This document shows, piece after piece, positions 61,730-64,000 of a DNA stretch of 64,000 nucleotides; the stretch's first letter is position 1; each line of letters opens with the position of its first letter. The notes beneath the pieces are model-generated. The model did no database searches. It saw only the letters and a list, made by a program, of their open reading frames with translations, and was not told the origin of the DNA. The DNA is taken from the NCBI GenBank assembly GCA_951406725.2, contig OX597817.1, forward strand, positions 96,534,001-96,598,000, read 5' to 3'. A program made the translations under genes and the position numbers. This DNA is from Octopus vulgaris. Lineage: Eukaryota.

Positions 61730-64000
61730 ATCTATCATGTCGTCTAAGCCTGGCTCAGCTACCTACAAATCGAAACTGAGATCTGCGAAAAGGGCTTGTT
61801 CAGTTAATAAGGTGATCAGTGATATCAAGCTTTCACATGAAGACCCTGAAATCAAGATTTCTCATCAAGAAGATGGTCTTACTAACAAACATCTCAACGA
61901 GCAGTTGCTGTTGCTTAAACAAGAGGTCGAGCACCTTAAATCTATTGTTGCTGAATTACAGAATTAACAAACTGAATTCCATTCAAAGTCTCGTATTGAC
62001 GCAGAACCACCCTTGATTTCTTCCCTAAAGACTTCCAAACTGAAGGGATCAAAATCGAAGCGGTCAAAGAAGGTGAAAGAACCGGCGGTCGTTTCCACTC
62101 ATGACCCTATCTGTGTGGATTCTTCCTCATCTGCCATTTCGCTCCCGGAGGTTCCCCAACCTGAATTGAGGAGCGTAGACTCAAACCCACCTGAAGACCA
62201 TTGTTCTCCAAAAAAGAAGAAATGTAGTCAAAACAACAGTGGGGCAGATTTAGCTGCGAAACCTGCTCAAGATCAAATCTGTTTGGATTCTCCCTCATTT
62301 GTCCTTCTCATCAATGCTATTGCTCAACCAATTCTGAATGATCTTGATGTGAGTTCATCTGGGGAGTGGTGCTCCTCCAAAACGAAGAAGAGGCAGTGCA
62401 GTTCAAAACCAGGCGGGTAACTTATGACCACTAAACCCATTCCGATTGACCCCAACGGCTACAAAACCGCTCTTTCTAATTTATCCGATGAAGAATCGAA
62501 TGCTGCAGTTCACAGTAGAGAACAGAACGACCATTTTGCCCACTCAAGATCAGCAATCATTTATGGTAAAGCTGAATCCACCTGTGATACAGGCATAAAC
62601 CACCTAAAAGATGACAAATTTTGTTTCCGTTTTAGTTGGAGAATTGTCCTCTGTCAATGAAAATGTCAGTATCCATAAGGTTGCTTGGCTAGGAAGATTC
62701 CAAGTGAACACAACCTCAGACACTAGACCACGCCCAATAAGAGTAATCTTTTCTTCCGATCAGGAGGCTTCAACCTTTCTGAACAGAGCTCAGAAGCATG
62801 CCTGGGAGGACCCCAATATGGGTTTTTGTGAGGAATATTCACTGAGAGAGAGAATTCGCCGGAGAAACCTGATATCCGAGCTGAAGATGAGAAAACAGAT
62901 GGGAGAGAAGGGTTTATGCATCCAAGATGGACAAATAATCAAGTCCTACCTCTGGTTGCATGCTGTAGTGCTGACAGGGAAAGTGAATCGAGGGCAAAAC
63001 GAAGTAAAGTAGATACCCCCGACAACGATGCTATATCTGATACCCCTTATTCAGCTTGTTCCCTAATTCCCGCCCGTCAAACTTCACAGCTCAGCATCAT
63101 CTATACCAACTCCTTATTTCCAAAGTTCAGCAAATTATTTACACAGGCCCTGCGTGATTCCCCAGATGTGATAGCTATCACCAAGACTTGGCTGACTCCA
63201 GCAGTAAAGGACTCAGAAATCCACCTACAAGGCTACACTCTCTTCAGATGTGACAGAGAAAAAAGGTGAGGTGGAGGTGTTGCTGTGTATGTCAAATCTA
63301 ATCTCAAACCATCCAGCTGTATTCTACCCACTAATGCTCAACCTACAACAAAATTCGATGCCGTCTATTGCAAGCTGAGCCTATCCGGGTTTTGCCTGCC
63401 CGTGTTAGCTGTCTACAGGCCGCCTCTTGTCGACCCCCAGGACGATGCTCATTTACTCGAAGCAATAAGATTTGTTTCGTCTTCTCATGAATGTTTGAAA
63501 TTTGGAGACTTCAATGCTCCCACAATCGACTGGCCCGCATCCATTTGTACATCTTCCCGGTTCAACCAGGCCCTTCTTGACATGGCTGAAGATTGTTTTC
63601 TATCGCAACATGTTGAATCTCCGACAAGGCATCGGTCTGGGCAGCAGTCATCTATGCTGGATCTGGTATTCTCCCGCTATCCAAGATCAGTGTCAGGCTT
63701 ATATGTGTGCACCACTCTTGCCAAGAGTGATCACGCGGTCCTGAAGTTCAACATGCACACAACTTTTTCTATGCCCAAGACTACTTCACTGCCACATAGA
63801 GTCTTCTCTGCAATCAATCTTGAAATTCTAACCGAGGCTTCTACGCTTCTGGACTGGCGATCCCTGATGACGATGTCCTCAGTTGACGAACTATGGTCGT
63901 CCCTCAAAGCATATATAATCTGGTTGACTGACCAGGCACTTCCCATTGGGCTTCCCAAGAAGAAGAAACACAAGCCCTGGGTGATGAAGAAGGTTAAATG
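61730..64000 (+). mobile_element. CR1/L2-group LINE of a different family (ORF1 and APE domain), runs off the window
   Basis: Coiled-coil-like segment and RPRPIRVIF in ORF1; PDVIAITKTWL, GYTLFRCDR, GGVAVYV, GDFNAP, LDLVFS, SDHAVL. Confidence 0.87.

Overview
Eukaryotic, AT-rich, repeat-saturated DNA. The repeat families and (TA)n/(CA)n/(GAT)n tracts look like a coleoid cephalopod, probably Octopus (pattern recognition, not a database result). Most of the window is nested, largely decayed transposable elements: RTE-clade LINEs with (GAT)n tails, three long copies of a CR1-group LINE with a CCCH zinc-finger ORF1, several Penelope-like elements (RT + GIY-YIG) with hammerhead-like motifs, HERO-like RT relics, Tc1/mariner elements (DD34D, DD37D, DD37E), a piggyBac derivative, a palindromic MITE, Helitron ends, a probable solo LTR and tRNA-derived SINEs. 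The only host coding sequence I can support is a pair of homologous 78-bp exons on opposite strands (31468-31545 +, 40023-40100 -). The most unusual signals are: (1) a variable-copy tandem array of ~60-nt structured units in the RTE 3' UTR, with a compensatory base-pair change; (2) a PHD-type finger inside the RTE reverse transcriptase; (3) a conserved in-phase slippery heptamer at the CR1-group ORF1/ORF2 overlap; (4) the inverted paralogous exons. Boundaries of decayed elements are approximate.
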